From contig NC_058379.1 of assembly GCF_018350175.1 (NCBI RefSeq), positions 27,714,001 through 27,778,000 on the forward strand: DNA of 64,000 nucleotides, given 5' to 3'. Of the stretch, positions 50,478-61,234 are shown piece after piece (the first letter of the stretch is position 1; every line of letters starts with the position of its first letter). A model generated the notes under the pieces. It saw nothing but the letters and a program-made list of their open reading frames with translations, was not told the DNA's origin and did not search any database. The DNA is from Felis catus (taxonomy: Eukaryota). The position numbers were made by a program, and so were the translations under genes.

Positions 50478-51308
50478 GTGTGGGTGGGGGCTGGGCTTAG
50501 GCATTCCCTATGAGGTTACCCAGGGCTATTCCCGGTCAAGGAGGTGGGAGCCAGGCACCAGAGCCTACATGCAAAACTGGGAATAGCCATGTTCTCATGT
50601 CCTATAAAGTGTGGAAGAGAACTAGCCACCCAAGTCTTAGGAGCTTCACAGCCATACCACAGTTCCTGCCTGAGTCCTGAGAATGGGGCCTGATGAGGCT
50701 GTACTCATCCCCAAGGGCAGCCTCTGGACAAGGTCTGCTACGTTGTCATGTAGTACCCCATGGCCCCAGCCCTGCTCAGTTTTGATACACTCTCCTATCA
50801 CCGTGACAGCCAGGGTAGGGGGAGCCAGGACCCTCATCTTCAGGTGGCCTCAGAGGCCTCATTCTACCTCCTTGTAACCTCTGCCCTCACCCTCCCACCC
50901 TGGGATTCCCTGTGGAGTCCCCACAGGCAGCGCTGGCTCCCCACTGTCCTGCCTGTCCATCAGGATGTACCCCCGTGGCCCTATGGGGTCTTCACCTCAG
51001 GGTAAGGTGGAGCCCAGAACTGCCCCTGGGGTAGGGAAAGCCCATAATTGCCTGCAAATGGACTCACACCTCTGGAGCCACTTCTGCCCGTTTCCAATTC
51101 AGCCGGTCATCGAGAAGACGCTCTGCGCCATACAGATGCCAGGCTGGGGCTCCTTCCTGGGGTCTCAGTGGTCAGGGCACTGTCAGTAGCCCCAACAGGG
51201 TGGTGTCAGAGCCTGTTTTACAGATGAAGACAAGACCCCAAAGCCAGGTGAGGGCTGGGAATTTGCCATGGGAGCCAGGGGTCACAGGGCTTGCTCTTGG
51301 CCACCCAG

Positions 51309-51426
51309 GAACGTGAGTTCGGATGGTGCAGAGGCCCGGCGCCGCCTCCGGGAATGTGAAGGGCTGGTAGACGCCCTGCTGCACGCCTTGCAGTCAGCTG
51401 TGGGCAGGAAGGACACGGACAACAAG
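51309..51426 (+). CDS. ARVCF: ARVCF exon 8 ([24 protein letters not shown]...DNK)
   Basis: 118 nt; phase 2-0; GT-AG. Confidence 0.97.
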
Positions 51427-51858
51427 GTGGGTGGAGCCTGGCAGGGAGAGCTCTAGCAGGTCCCGGGCAGGGGCAGTCTCATAGCTTCCTACAAAGGGTT
51501 CTGGGAGATGGAGCAGGAACCGGACCCAGGGGGCCCTAAACTATCTGGGCAGTACAGGGGGAGTAGGCATACCGGTCTGGGGCAGCGCCCTGGGCATGGA
51601 CCATCTCATAGTGGCCACACTGAAGTGGACATTCCCGAAGCCCCGGATGAGGTCCTACACACAGTGTGTTTTCCACCTTTTTTCTTCCTCAGCCCTTCTC
51701 TGGGAGTTCTTACCCACATGGGCCCCCTAGCTTAGGCCTTCCCATCTTTGCATCCCTGGTTCCTTCTGTGCACACTGGCTGTGGCCAGTCTTCACCAGGA
51801 AGGTTAGCAGTCTCCGTGCCCACCTGGCCCTGCTCCATCAACTCTCCTCTCCCCACAG

Positions 51859-52030
51859 TCGGTGGAGAACTGTGTGTGTATCATGCGGAACCTGTCCTAC
51901 CATGTGCACAAGGAGGTGCCTGGGGCCGACAGGTACCAGGAGGCTGAGCCTGGGCCCCCAGGCGGTACTGCAGGCTCCCAGCGCCGGAAGCGGGATGACG
52001 CTGGCTGTTTCGGTGGCAAGAAGGCCAAAG
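51859..52030 (+). CDS. ARVCF: ARVCF exon 9 (SVENCVCIMRNLSY...CFGGKKAK)
   Basis: 172 nt; phase 0-1; GT-AG. Confidence 0.97.
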
Positions 52031-52738
52031 GTGTGTGGGAGGGACTGGGGTACCATTCTAGGACTCCCCATGCAACCCCAGGCTGAAAGTTCTTCCATAC
52101 CCATGGCAGGCACGGAAGCCAGAGACCACCTGGTCAGCTCCTGATGGGCAGGTGGGGAAGCCGGGAGCCTCGGAGGCTGGGCCCAGCCCCCTGGGTCATC
52201 CAGCTGACAGGCCGGCGTTCCCTCATCTGCACTGTGGGTCCCCCAGGGGAGGACAGGAGTGAACCTGTGTGGTGTCCCTGCTGCTGCCTAGACTCGGTCC
52301 CTCAGCTCTGAGAAGGGTTCTATGGGTTCATGTTTGGGAAGTACCAAAGACGATGCTGCCTCCTGGCATTCACAGAGCACCTGAAGACCCTGAGATGCCC
52401 TGAGGGCAGCACCCCACCCTGCCTTCACACCATCCTGACCAGCATTTGCTAGGTACAGGTTCCAGGATCTGCATTCCCTGGCACCTGCCAGGTGACATCT
52501 GTACACTGCCTTCACCCACTCCTCCCCATCATGTGGACCTGTTCTGATTCCAGGCCTCCCCTTTCTTATCCCATTTGCTGCCACTCAGCCCTCCAAAGTA
52601 ATCGCGGTAGGATTCCATGACCCATCTACTCAACCCAGGGTATTCAGTGGGAAGTTGAGGCCTCCTGGGAGGGTGTGGGGGGGGTTGCTGCCCACTCAGG
52701 CTCGTCTCCTCTCTCCTGTGCTTCCTCCGGCTGCCCAG

Positions 52739-52756
52739 AGGAGTGGTTCCATCAAG
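52739..52756 (+). CDS. ARVCF: ARVCF exon 10, 18-nt microexon (EEWFHQ)
   Basis: Long pyrimidine tract + cccAG|AGGAGTGGTTCCATCAAG|GTGAGT; symmetric phase 1-1. Confidence 0.93.
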
Positions 52757-53794
52757 GTGAGTCCCTGTTTGTCCTGCTGTCCAGGCCTGGTGGGTGCAGT
52801 GGGCACCAGGGAGGTGCCCCCTGCCCTATTGTTTAGGTAGTTATCTCCATGACAACTGCAGGGCAGTCCAGTCTCAGGGCCCTGCCCCATCCCCAGTCCC
52901 TTCTCCAAGCAGCCATTTCCATGACAACTGTGTAGGCATGACAATGGCAGGAATGTTAGCCCTGGACCTTTTGGGAGGCCAACAGGCTGTTCCTCTATAA
53001 CTTCAGACTCAGCTATGCCTGCAGGGCTGGAGCTGGAGCTGGAGCAGGAAGAGCCAAAGAGGGGGCAGGGCCTGGGTATATTCGTCCCCAGGGGTAACAG
53101 TGAACAAAGTCTGTCCCTGGGAATGAGGCAATATATGGCTTAGAGGGACGACAGAGAGGCCCCATGAGGCTGGGATCCCAGATCATCTGAACTCTGTTCT
53201 GCTGCTTTTCAGAGGAGAAGCAGCTCCCTCATCTGAGATGAGGGTGAGTGGGAGATAGCGAGCTCATTCATGGAGGTGTGCAGGCTGAGGCTGACAAGTG
53301 TTAGGTGGGGCTGCTGTAGGGGCTCAGCCTGTGGGCCAAGGTCTCTCTTAGCCAGCAGAGCCTGGGACCAGGTTCTGCCCCCGGGTGGGCATTTCCTTGT
53401 GGCTGGGACTCTTGGCCCCAGCTTTGCTTTACTGTTCAACCAGGCACATCCTGTCCTTGCCAATCCTCAGCTTTGTACCTACCTGCCACCCAGCCTGGGC
53501 TCCTAGCTCCTGGCAGCTGCAAGGCCTTTGGGTGGTCTGCAGTGCTGCTCCCAGCATCTGAAGGAGATGAGTTCTGGCTTCTGGGGGCAAGGCTGGGACA
53601 TCCACAGTCCCCACTGCCACCACTGCCCTTCTCCGGCCCTCCCTGCCTACCTAAACACAGAATAGTGTTCCATTGCCAAGGCCTCTTGGGGGTGCTCTTG
53701 GGTTTGCTTCAGGAAGGAAAGTGCTGTGTCCAGCCCTCCTGATGCACACCCATTCTCTGCAGAGTCTGCTTCACCTCCCCCTACTCTGTTCCAG

Positions 53795-53866
53795 GGAAGA
53801 AGGATGGTGAGATGGACCGGAACTTTGACACGCTAGACCTACCCAAGCGAACTGAGGCTGCCAAAG
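53795..53866 (+). CDS. ARVCF: ARVCF exon 11 (GKKDGEMDRNFDTLDLPKRTEAAK)
   Basis: 72 nt; phase 1-1; donor GTGAGT. Confidence 0.96.
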
Positions 53867-55241
53867 GTGAGTGGGTAGAGGCAGAGTTCAAGCACAGGCC
53901 TATCCAGGTAGTGAAGCTTTGTGCTACTAAACAGGCTTGAAGGGCCTTGGGGATCTGATGGAAAATAGGACCACAGGTATGAGGTTCCCCAGAGGACCAT
54001 CCAGTCCCTGGGCACCTGCTAAGGGTTCAGAATCAGGGTCAGTTCCGTGGGTCACTTCAGGCAGTGGGGGGAACAGGCACAGAGAGGCCAGGCGATTGCA
54101 AGGTCACACAGCATGTGAAAGACTGGAGGGGCTAGAGTGAGGCCTTCGGTGAAGGGCAGAGACCAGGTGGGCAGGACCTTCCAGTATCAGCTGAGGAGCT
54201 CACATTCACTCAGGGTGGTTTGGGAGTTGGGGTGTATAGTCATACCTAGTACAGAGGCTGATCACACAGGGGGCAGAGCAGTTTGTCTTTCTTATCCCCT
54301 GTCTGGAGCCCTTTGTGCTGGCACTGGGAATCCACCCTGAGTAAGAGAGATCTGCCCTAGTGAGTCCCAAGCCACAGCCCACCCTGCAAGCCCAGACACC
54401 CCCAAGCAGGGTGGAAGACCCCGGCCATGGGAGGTCTAGGGGAAAGCATCACAGGCAGTGGGACCAGCTCCTGCAAACACCCTGAGGGGTAACACGTTGC
54501 ATGGGGGACGTTCTTGGAGAATTTGGGGAACAGGAATCCCAGAGAGGCTGGAGTAGAGGGACCAGGGAGGCATGAGGAATGTGGAGGGGGTGATGAAATG
54601 TCAGGTGGGAGGACCCAGGAGAGGGAGTAATGTTTGGGTACAGGCCAGCTGAAAGGCTGCTCAGGCCCTCCTCTCTGAGTGCCTTGGGGCAACTCTGCTG
54701 CAGCCCGGAGTGGTTGAGCAGGTTGTAGACAGAGAAGGCAGGCCCTGTTGCTAGGGATGGCCACTGGACAGAGCTTTAGTTACATAGGAGGGAACAGGGC
54801 CCTGTTGCTAGGGAGGGTGGGTCTTGTTGCTAGGGCTCCTCCTCTTAGTTGTACAGCCTATCTACATGGGAGGGCTGGCTCTGTTATTAGGGAGTTTGAG
54901 TCCCGTTGCTAGGGGAGCCACCCTGGCTGCCACCTCCCTCCCTACCCCTGACCTCCTGGATGCTCTGGCTGCCAGGCAGGTCTAGTACCATTTCTTTTGC
55001 ACCAGGGGCAAAGGAACAGTGACCTCACTTAGACCCACTGCGTCTCACTGAGCTTCTGTTCTTCCATGAAATGGGAATGCCTTCTCCCTTGGGTGGCCCA
55101 TAAAGAGTGAATGCATTGATGTTAAATTTTCCCTCACTGCACCACACCCATCCCTGGCCCCAGCTGACTCTCACCCTGGGAGGAGAGGGGATAATGGGGG
55201 CAGGTGTGGGTGACTGTGGGTGGTGGGTGCTCTGTGCCCAG

Positions 55242-55369
55242 GCTTTGAGCTGCTGTATCAGCCCGAGGTGGTACGTCTCTACCTCTCCCTCCTCACGGAG
55301 AGCCGGAACTTTAACACCCTGGAGGCTGCCGCTGGCGCCCTGCAGAACCTCAGCGCTGGCAACTGGATG
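55242..55369 (+). CDS. ARVCF: ARVCF exon 12 (GFELLYQPEVVRLYLSLL...NLSAGNWM)
   Basis: 128 nt; phase 1-0. Confidence 0.97.
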
Positions 55370-55687
55370 GTGAGAGGCCAAGCCTGGTAGGGAGGGGACA
55401 GAGAAAATCTTAGGTATCCGGTTGGTGCCTGCCTCTGACTTTGTCCAGGTTGGGAGGGAGAGTAGGGGACACCGTGTCTCCCCAAGGTCCAGGAGGTTCA
55501 AGGTTCCGGGCGGTTTGGGGCACAAAGGATGCAAGCTGGAGGTAGAATTGAGTTGCTTGGGTAGGACTTTGTCATGCCAGGGAGGAGGGTCCAGCCAGAG
55601 GGAACAGCCAGGGTTCAGGTGGGAGAGTGCCCGGGCATGTAGGCATGCCTGAGTGTGCTGAGCACCCTACCTGCTCCACTGCCACAG

Positions 55688-55838
55688 TGGGCCACGTACA
55701 TCCGCGCCACGGTGCGCAAGGAGCGTGGGCTTCCGGTGCTCGTGGAGCTGCTGCAGTCCGAGACTGACAAGGTGGTGCGCGCTGTTGCCATTGCCCTGCG
55801 CAACCTCTCGCTGGACCAGCGCAACAAGGACCTCATTG
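55688..55838 (+). CDS. ARVCF: ARVCF exon 13 ([22 protein letters not shown]...NKDLI)
   Basis: 151 nt; phase 0-1. Confidence 0.97.
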
Positions 55839-56137
55839 GTGAGAACACTGGTGGGGCTGAGCCGGGATACAGAGCCCGGTGGTCTGCTCTGGGGTCCCAC
55901 GGGCAGGGGCAGAGGGACCGGCAGGGTGGGGAGGTCAAGGGCCCGGCCCTGCCCCTGTCATTCTGTCCCAGCCACTGGAGCTCATGTCTTCCTGAATGGT
56001 CTCAGAGCCTATCCCCTGTACACGGCAGGTGACGTTGCAGCTTCCTGGGGCTCTCCTGGTGGAGGCCCCGTCTGAATCCCCTTCCTTCCCTATGGGGTGA
56101 GCAGAGGCGTGTCCTAACACTTGCCCCTGTCCTTCAG

Positions 56138-56336
56138 GGAGCTATGCCATGGCGGAGCTGGTGCGGAACGTGCGCAATGCACAGGCTCCGGCGCGACCTG
56201 GTGCCCGCCTGGAGGAGGACACGGTGGTGGCTGTGCTCAACACCATCCACGAGATCGTGTCCGACAGCCTGGACAACGCACGCTCACTACTACAGGCCCG
56301 AGGCATTCCAGCGCTGGTGGCACTTGGCGCTACCAG
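56138..56336 (+). CDS. ARVCF: ARVCF exon 14 (GSYAMAELVRNV...ALVALGATS)
   Basis: 199 nt; phase 1-2. Confidence 0.96.
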
Positions 56337-56424
56337 GTGGTTGAGGGCCTGGCCTGGGGTGGGTGGGGTCCCAGTGGGAGGGGGGCGTGGCCGGTTGCTG
56401 ACCCCGCCCTGGACCTGGCTGCAG

Positions 56425-56536
56425 CCAATCAGTACGTGAGGCGAAGGCCGCATCCCACGTGCTACAGACTGTATGGAGCTACAAGGAGCTGCGTGGTGCC
56501 CTACAGAAAGATGGCTGGACCAAGGCGCGCTTCCAG
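56425..56536 (+). CDS. ARVCF: ARVCF exon 15 (QSVREAKAASHVLQTVWSYKELR...RFQ)
   Basis: 112 nt; phase 2-0; follows an 88-nt intron. Confidence 0.96.
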
Positions 56537-56654
56537 GTGCGGCCTGCCTGGCCTTTCTTAACCTCTTTCACTTCTCCAGGCCAGGTCCCCCACAGGAGTG
56601 CCCCTAACCCTGCACCCTATCCTGTCTGTTTTGTGTACCTTTTCTCATACACAG

Positions 56655-56745
56655 TCAGCCACTGCTACTGCCAAGGGACCCAAAGGAGCACCAAGTCCTG
56701 GAGGCTTTGACGACAGCACGCTGCCACTGGTGGACAGGAGCCTTG
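56655..56745 (+). CDS. ARVCF: ARVCF exon 16 (SATATAKGPKG...FDDSTLPLVDRSL)
   Basis: 91 nt; phase 0-1; DDSTLPL family motif. Confidence 0.96.
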
Positions 56746-57062
56746 GTGAGTACCGAGTGGGGGCATGGAAACCTATCCCTAAGGTATGAGATGCTCCTCT
56801 ACCCAGGGGCACTGATAGTGACAAGGCAGGTGAGGGCTAGGTGTGGAGGGAGCTTTCCTGGCTTGCAGCCTCCTACCACCTCTACACCCATGGTGTCCAC
56901 ATTGATGTTAAGCCGGGGTGGTGCTGTCAATGACAGAGGCCTGGCAGAATGGTGCAAAGAAGTTAGTGATGAAGAGTCCCTGAGGCCAGCTGTGCTGGGG
57001 GTCTGTCTGTTCTGGTATCCCCACTGCACTGTATCCCCAGCCACCTGGCTTGTGCCTTGCAG

Positions 57063-57116
57063 ATGGTGAGAAACCGGGCAGCCGGGACGTGATCCCCATG
57101 GAGGCACTTGGCCCAG
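57063..57116 (+). CDS. ARVCF: ARVCF exon 17 (DGEKPGSRDVIPMEALGP)
   Basis: 54 nt; phase 1-1; donor GTGAGT. Confidence 0.94.
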
Positions 57117-57514
57117 GTGAGTGCAGATAATGCAGGGCATCTTATTTTCTGGGGAGGAGGAGGGGAGAGGTGCTGAGATGGGCCAGGTGGTTTTGTCTTG
57201 TGTGTTTGGTGCTGGAGAGGTCTTCCAAGGAGGTGCTGGTTGGAAGAGATCTGGTTTAGCGGTGCTGGTGAGGGGGTGGACAGCCAGGGAGGGGTCAGTG
57301 CCTAGCTGGGGTCTGGCCTGCCAGCTGCGGGGGACTGGGTGGGGGCTGGTGTGTTCTGAGCCACCATCATGGGAGAGGTCGTGAGAAGACCTGACCTAGT
57401 CCTCCCGCACAGTGCTGGGGCAGGGTAGGTGGGCCCCCCTGCATCTGGGCTGAGAGGGAGATCTGCTCCTGTGGTGCCTGCCCCTCAGAGTTCCCCTCAT
57501 GTCCCCACCCCAAG

Positions 57515-57600
57515 ATGGATACTCTACTGTGGACCGGAGGGAGCGGAGGGCTCGAGGCAGTGACCCTGCGGGGGAGGCCTCTGAGAAGGAACCGTTGAAA
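57515..57600 (+). CDS. ARVCF: ARVCF exon 18 (DGYSTVDRRERR...SEKEPLK)
   Basis: 86 nt; phase 1-0; AAG acceptor; donor GTAAGT. Confidence 0.94.
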
Positions 57601-58200
57601 GTAAGTGGCTGTGGGCAGGTGCCTAGAGATGTGGCATAGCTAGGGCTTGCCTGCGAGGGGCGCCGGCGAGGTGCTGAGTTTAGGCTGCCCAGTCAGCCTG
57701 GGGTGGAGCTCATCTGAAAGGCAGTTGGGCTGGGAGATCAAGCCTGAGGACCGGCCCTCCCGCCTCAGGAACATTACCAGCAGAGTCAGTCTATGGGTAC
57801 AGGTGACTTGAAGCTCACATGCACTGGGAGAGAGGGGGCACGGGACAGGGACGCTGCCCAGAACAATGCACAGAGCCAGGGGAGTCTGAGCAAGTGTGTC
57901 TTCTTCATCTTTCTCTGCCTGTGTGTGTGAGTGGGCAGTGGGTGAGGGCCCACCATGGTCCTGCCTCCATGACAACACCTCCCAGTCCACTCTGTGACAA
58001 TCCCCTGGCTTTGGGCACAGGCCTGTGTGTGTCCATGTGTCACTCCACATCTATGTGAGCCACACTAGCTCAGCTTCCCCTTCCTGTGCACCCTGTCTCT
58101 GGCCTTACCCGCTGAGCGGCCCAGCCCCAACCTGTCAGCACTGACTAACATGCTGTATTCTGCCTCTAACGCCCTCCTGCCCACTGCCCGTCCGCTGCAG

Positions 58201-58305
58201 CCCGACCCCGGCAGGAAGGCTCCGCCTGGGCCCAGCAGGCCTGCGGTCAGGCTGGTGGACGCCGTGGGGGACGCTAAGCCTCAGCCCGTTGACTCCTGGG
58301 TCTAG
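58201..58305 (+). CDS. ARVCF: ARVCF exon 19 coding part (PDPGRK...PQPVDSWV*); exon ends 58317
   Basis: ctgcAG| acceptor; C-terminal PDZ ligand DSWV; TAG at 58303-58305; donor CTG|GTACGT 12 nt after the stop. The spliced CDS sums to 2883 nt = 960 aa + stop. Confidence 0.96.
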   Translation, partial: PDPGRKAPPGPSRPAVRLVDAVGDAKPQPVDSWV

Positions 58306-58768
58306 CTTGCATGCCTGGTACGTTCTCTCGTCTGGTTTTTCATTCAACTGTTTCCCGTCCTCTGGGCAGGGGCTTCTTGTTAATCTCTGCTGGCTGCATG
58401 TTCTTTCCCTTCGTGCTCCCTGGTGGGACCCTGACTTCAAACTCATCAGGCTTAAATGCCCATTTTATGGACAGGCTGAGGTCGGAGAGGGACATGCTTC
58501 CCTGGGTCTTCAGTCCCAGCCCAGGTCATCAAGGACCCAGAGGAGATAAGGCCAGAGAGCAGGGATGGTTCCCCCACATTTAAATGCCGTAAGCACAGTG
58601 CCCCCCCTGGACCAGCAAGTCAGATTGGCCCTGATGCCCAGACTCCTGGGGTCAGCCTGCACCACTCATAGCAGCCGCCTTTATCCACATTTTCATTGGC
58701 ATAGCCTGTGGAGGGGTCCACCTAGCCACCAGGCCACCCTGCTCAACCTTCCCCCTCTCCCTCCTTAG

Positions 58769-59580
58769 GGCTCGGGCCCAGCCATTTGTTCTTAGGGATC
58801 TGATCTTGGGAAGAAGGGAACTCCAGGGCCGGCCCTCACAGACCCTGCTGTGGAGCTTGGAGCCCCCTGGCGCCAGGGGTTGGCAGCGCCTCTCGCCTGG
58901 GAGCCAGGGCCGGACATTCTGGACACACCTCCCTTCCTGCCCCACCTCCTAACTCCTTAGGCTGAGTTAGCTGTTTACTGACATGGTGCTGTGTGTGAGT
59001 GAGAGAGAGAAGGCCAGTGGAGCTGCCAGGGTGGGGCCCAGGGAGGTGGCAGGACAAGGCACCGGGCTTTGTTTTGGGGCTGGTGATGGAAAAGAGTGTG
59101 CTCTTGTATGTGCAAGGCCCCAGAGGAGTCTAGCAGGGAGGGGGGCTCAGGGAAGGAGTTTAACTCTGGAAGATGGAGGGGATCCACTGGGCTCTGAGTC
59201 TCACCCTGCATGGCAGACAGAACACGGGCAGGGGCTGGCCGTGCAGAGAGGCTCTGGAGGCAGTGAGGTGGGTGTCAGGCTGTGCTTGCCCCCACCCTGC
59301 CCTCGGATATATGGAGCCCAGTGTGGCAGGAGCCTTCTCTGAGCTCCTGGCCCAGGCCATGGCTGCCAATCCTGTCTGCCGGAGCCCTGAGTCACACCTC
59401 TGGGACTGACCTTCGGCAGCAGCGGGGGACTGCTGCCTAGTGCCTGCTGTTTGTGACTTAAAAACAGAAGAAGAACACTGACAAAAAGCATTAAAAACAA
59501 AACCAAAATAAGACTGTATTGGTAAACACCTAAATTTTTGTAAGAAAATTTAAAAATTAAAAAAAGCAACAAAGGAACTT
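58769..59580 (+). other. ARVCF: ARVCF terminal exon 20 (3'UTR; encodes the alternative C-terminus GSGPAICS* at 58769-58795 if exon 19 is skipped)
   Basis: Strong pyrimidine tract + ccttAG|; ATTAAA hexamers near the end. Confidence 0.85.
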
Positions 59581-59610
59581 TCTATCTTCTATGGCTCACA
59601 TCTTTTGCTC
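59490..59610 (+). terminator. ARVCF: ARVCF polyadenylation region
   Basis: ATTAAA at 59490-59495 and 59556-59561, followed by a T/C-rich downstream element; the exact cleavage site cannot be determined. Confidence 0.6.
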
Positions 59611-60364
59611 CTCCCTGATTGTCAGGTGGGAAATGGGTAGAGGTGGTGTCCATAGGGGGCTCAGCTCCTAGGCCCCAGGAGTGTTTCCACACATGAACTC
59701 CCAGGCTCCTGTGATCCCCTTTCTACACAGAGGAGAGGGCTTGCTCCTGGGTGGTTAACTGGGACCTGGGTCCCAGGGTGGTGTCCTGGCCAGAGGTTCG
59801 TCTACATGCAGGTGGGCTCAGCCAGGATGGGGTGGGGGGGGTGGGGTGGGTAGGGGAATCCCTAAGGAGCCTCTGAGGGAGCCAGAGGGCCAGGGTTGGT
59901 TTAGGCAGCTGTGGATTTAGAGAGATGCAAACTAATTCTACTTCATTACTTGCTAGCTGGGCAATCTATAAATGCCAGAGTTGGTCTGAGCCCACTCTTC
60001 CATAAACAAGGCCAGGAAGGACTGGGCAAGTTGCTTCTACTCACTGCCACCCAGGGACCCCAAGGGGCCAGGTGCCAGAGACTACACCCTGCACTGTGGT
60101 GGGGCCCCATGTCTACCTTTCCCTAGTATCTGCTTGGTCAGAAATGGACACACAGGCTGACCAAGTGCCCTGTTCCAGTTTCCCAGGACAGTCTCCAGAT
60201 GGGGGCTCACCTCAGCCTACGAACATTCCCATGGGGATGCAACAGGTACCCTCAGCCTGGCCACATGAGCCCCCAGGCCAGCATTAGCATCTAGTGAAGG
60301 GGAACACTGGGTGTGGTGCCAGAGTTGATGGCACCACAGGAAAGGAGCAGGGCAGCAGTTAAAA

Positions 60365-61033
60365 AGAAGCACTGAGTTGATCTCTTTTATTTAAATATTT
60401 AGATTTTTAATTTCTCTTTTAGCATCTTTTAAATGTGATACTGACATATAGGATTATTAACACTGAGCTGATGTTAGTAAAGTTGTGTTTCATTCTTTAC
60501 AAGAAGGTGAAAGAATGCAGGAATCACAAGTGGATAGGAGTTGTTGGGCACAGTGCCATCACTGAGGCATTGCTGCCACCTGGTGATGGCAAACCTGAAG
60601 GACAGACTGAGTGCACAGCCCAACAGTTTCCAAATGTTCCCAACTCCCCCCCCCCCCCCACTTCCAATGTCTGCTGAATATGTCAGTGCCTGAGGACCTG
60701 TCGATGTAAGAAACCTAATTGATCGAAAATGCTGGTGGGAGTGAGTGACACCATCACAGGCACCACCTGTCCTGATTGGTATTTACAAACGTACTTTCCA
60801 GATGTATTGCAGTGATTTTGCATGGTAAGCTGGCTGCACTTAGGGTGGACCAGTGGTGACAGCCCAGAGTCGCCGTGCAGAGGGTCCAGTGTAGGCAGGC
60901 TTTGGCCTCACAAGCCTCAAGTGTGCTACATTGAGGACAGACCCCAGAACTGCAAAAGCAGGGTTGGCGGGAGTGCATCTGTTGTGCTTTTCATAACCAG
61001 GCTTGGCAAGGGAGCCTGGAGCAGGGTGGGTGG
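60365..61033 (-). other. COMT: COMT 3'UTR with polyA signal
   Basis: AATAAA on the - strand (tttatt at 60386-60391) in an AT-rich patch, with T-rich sequence downstream on the - strand. Confidence 0.75.
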
Positions 61034-61234
61034 TCAAGGCTGTGCTGGGCCATCCAGGCCCATGTAGACAGCCTTCTCGAGGCCATCCACTGCTGTCGAG
61101 TACTCCAGGTACGAGGTGAAGTGTGTGCACTCAAAGCGGCTGCTGTTGCGCACATATGCCAGGAATTCTGGTGTTCCTGGGCAGATAACGTTGTCGGCCA
61201 GCAACACTGTCCCCTTCCGTAGCAGGCCACACTC
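61034..61234 (-). CDS. COMT: COMT (catechol O-methyltransferase) last coding exon [29 protein letters not shown]...[18 protein letters not shown]
   Basis: Recognisable COMT C-terminus with the ADNV metal-binding motif; acceptor ctgcAG| in phase 0; 66 aa + TGA. Upstream exons lie beyond the window. Confidence 0.96.
   Translation of the reverse strand, partial: ECGLLRKGTVLLADNVICPGTPEFLAYVRNSSRFECTHFTSYLEYSTAVDGLEKAVYMGLDGPAQP

Noticed and set aside
54741-54920. CRISPR-like repeat-spacer array
   Set aside because: Mammalian intron; repeats are only 10-17 nt with irregular spacing, and there are no cas genes.
57644-57802. 159-nt in-frame exon starting at TAG|GGC 57644
   Set aside because: It would need a 43-nt intron after exon 18, below the usual mammalian minimum.
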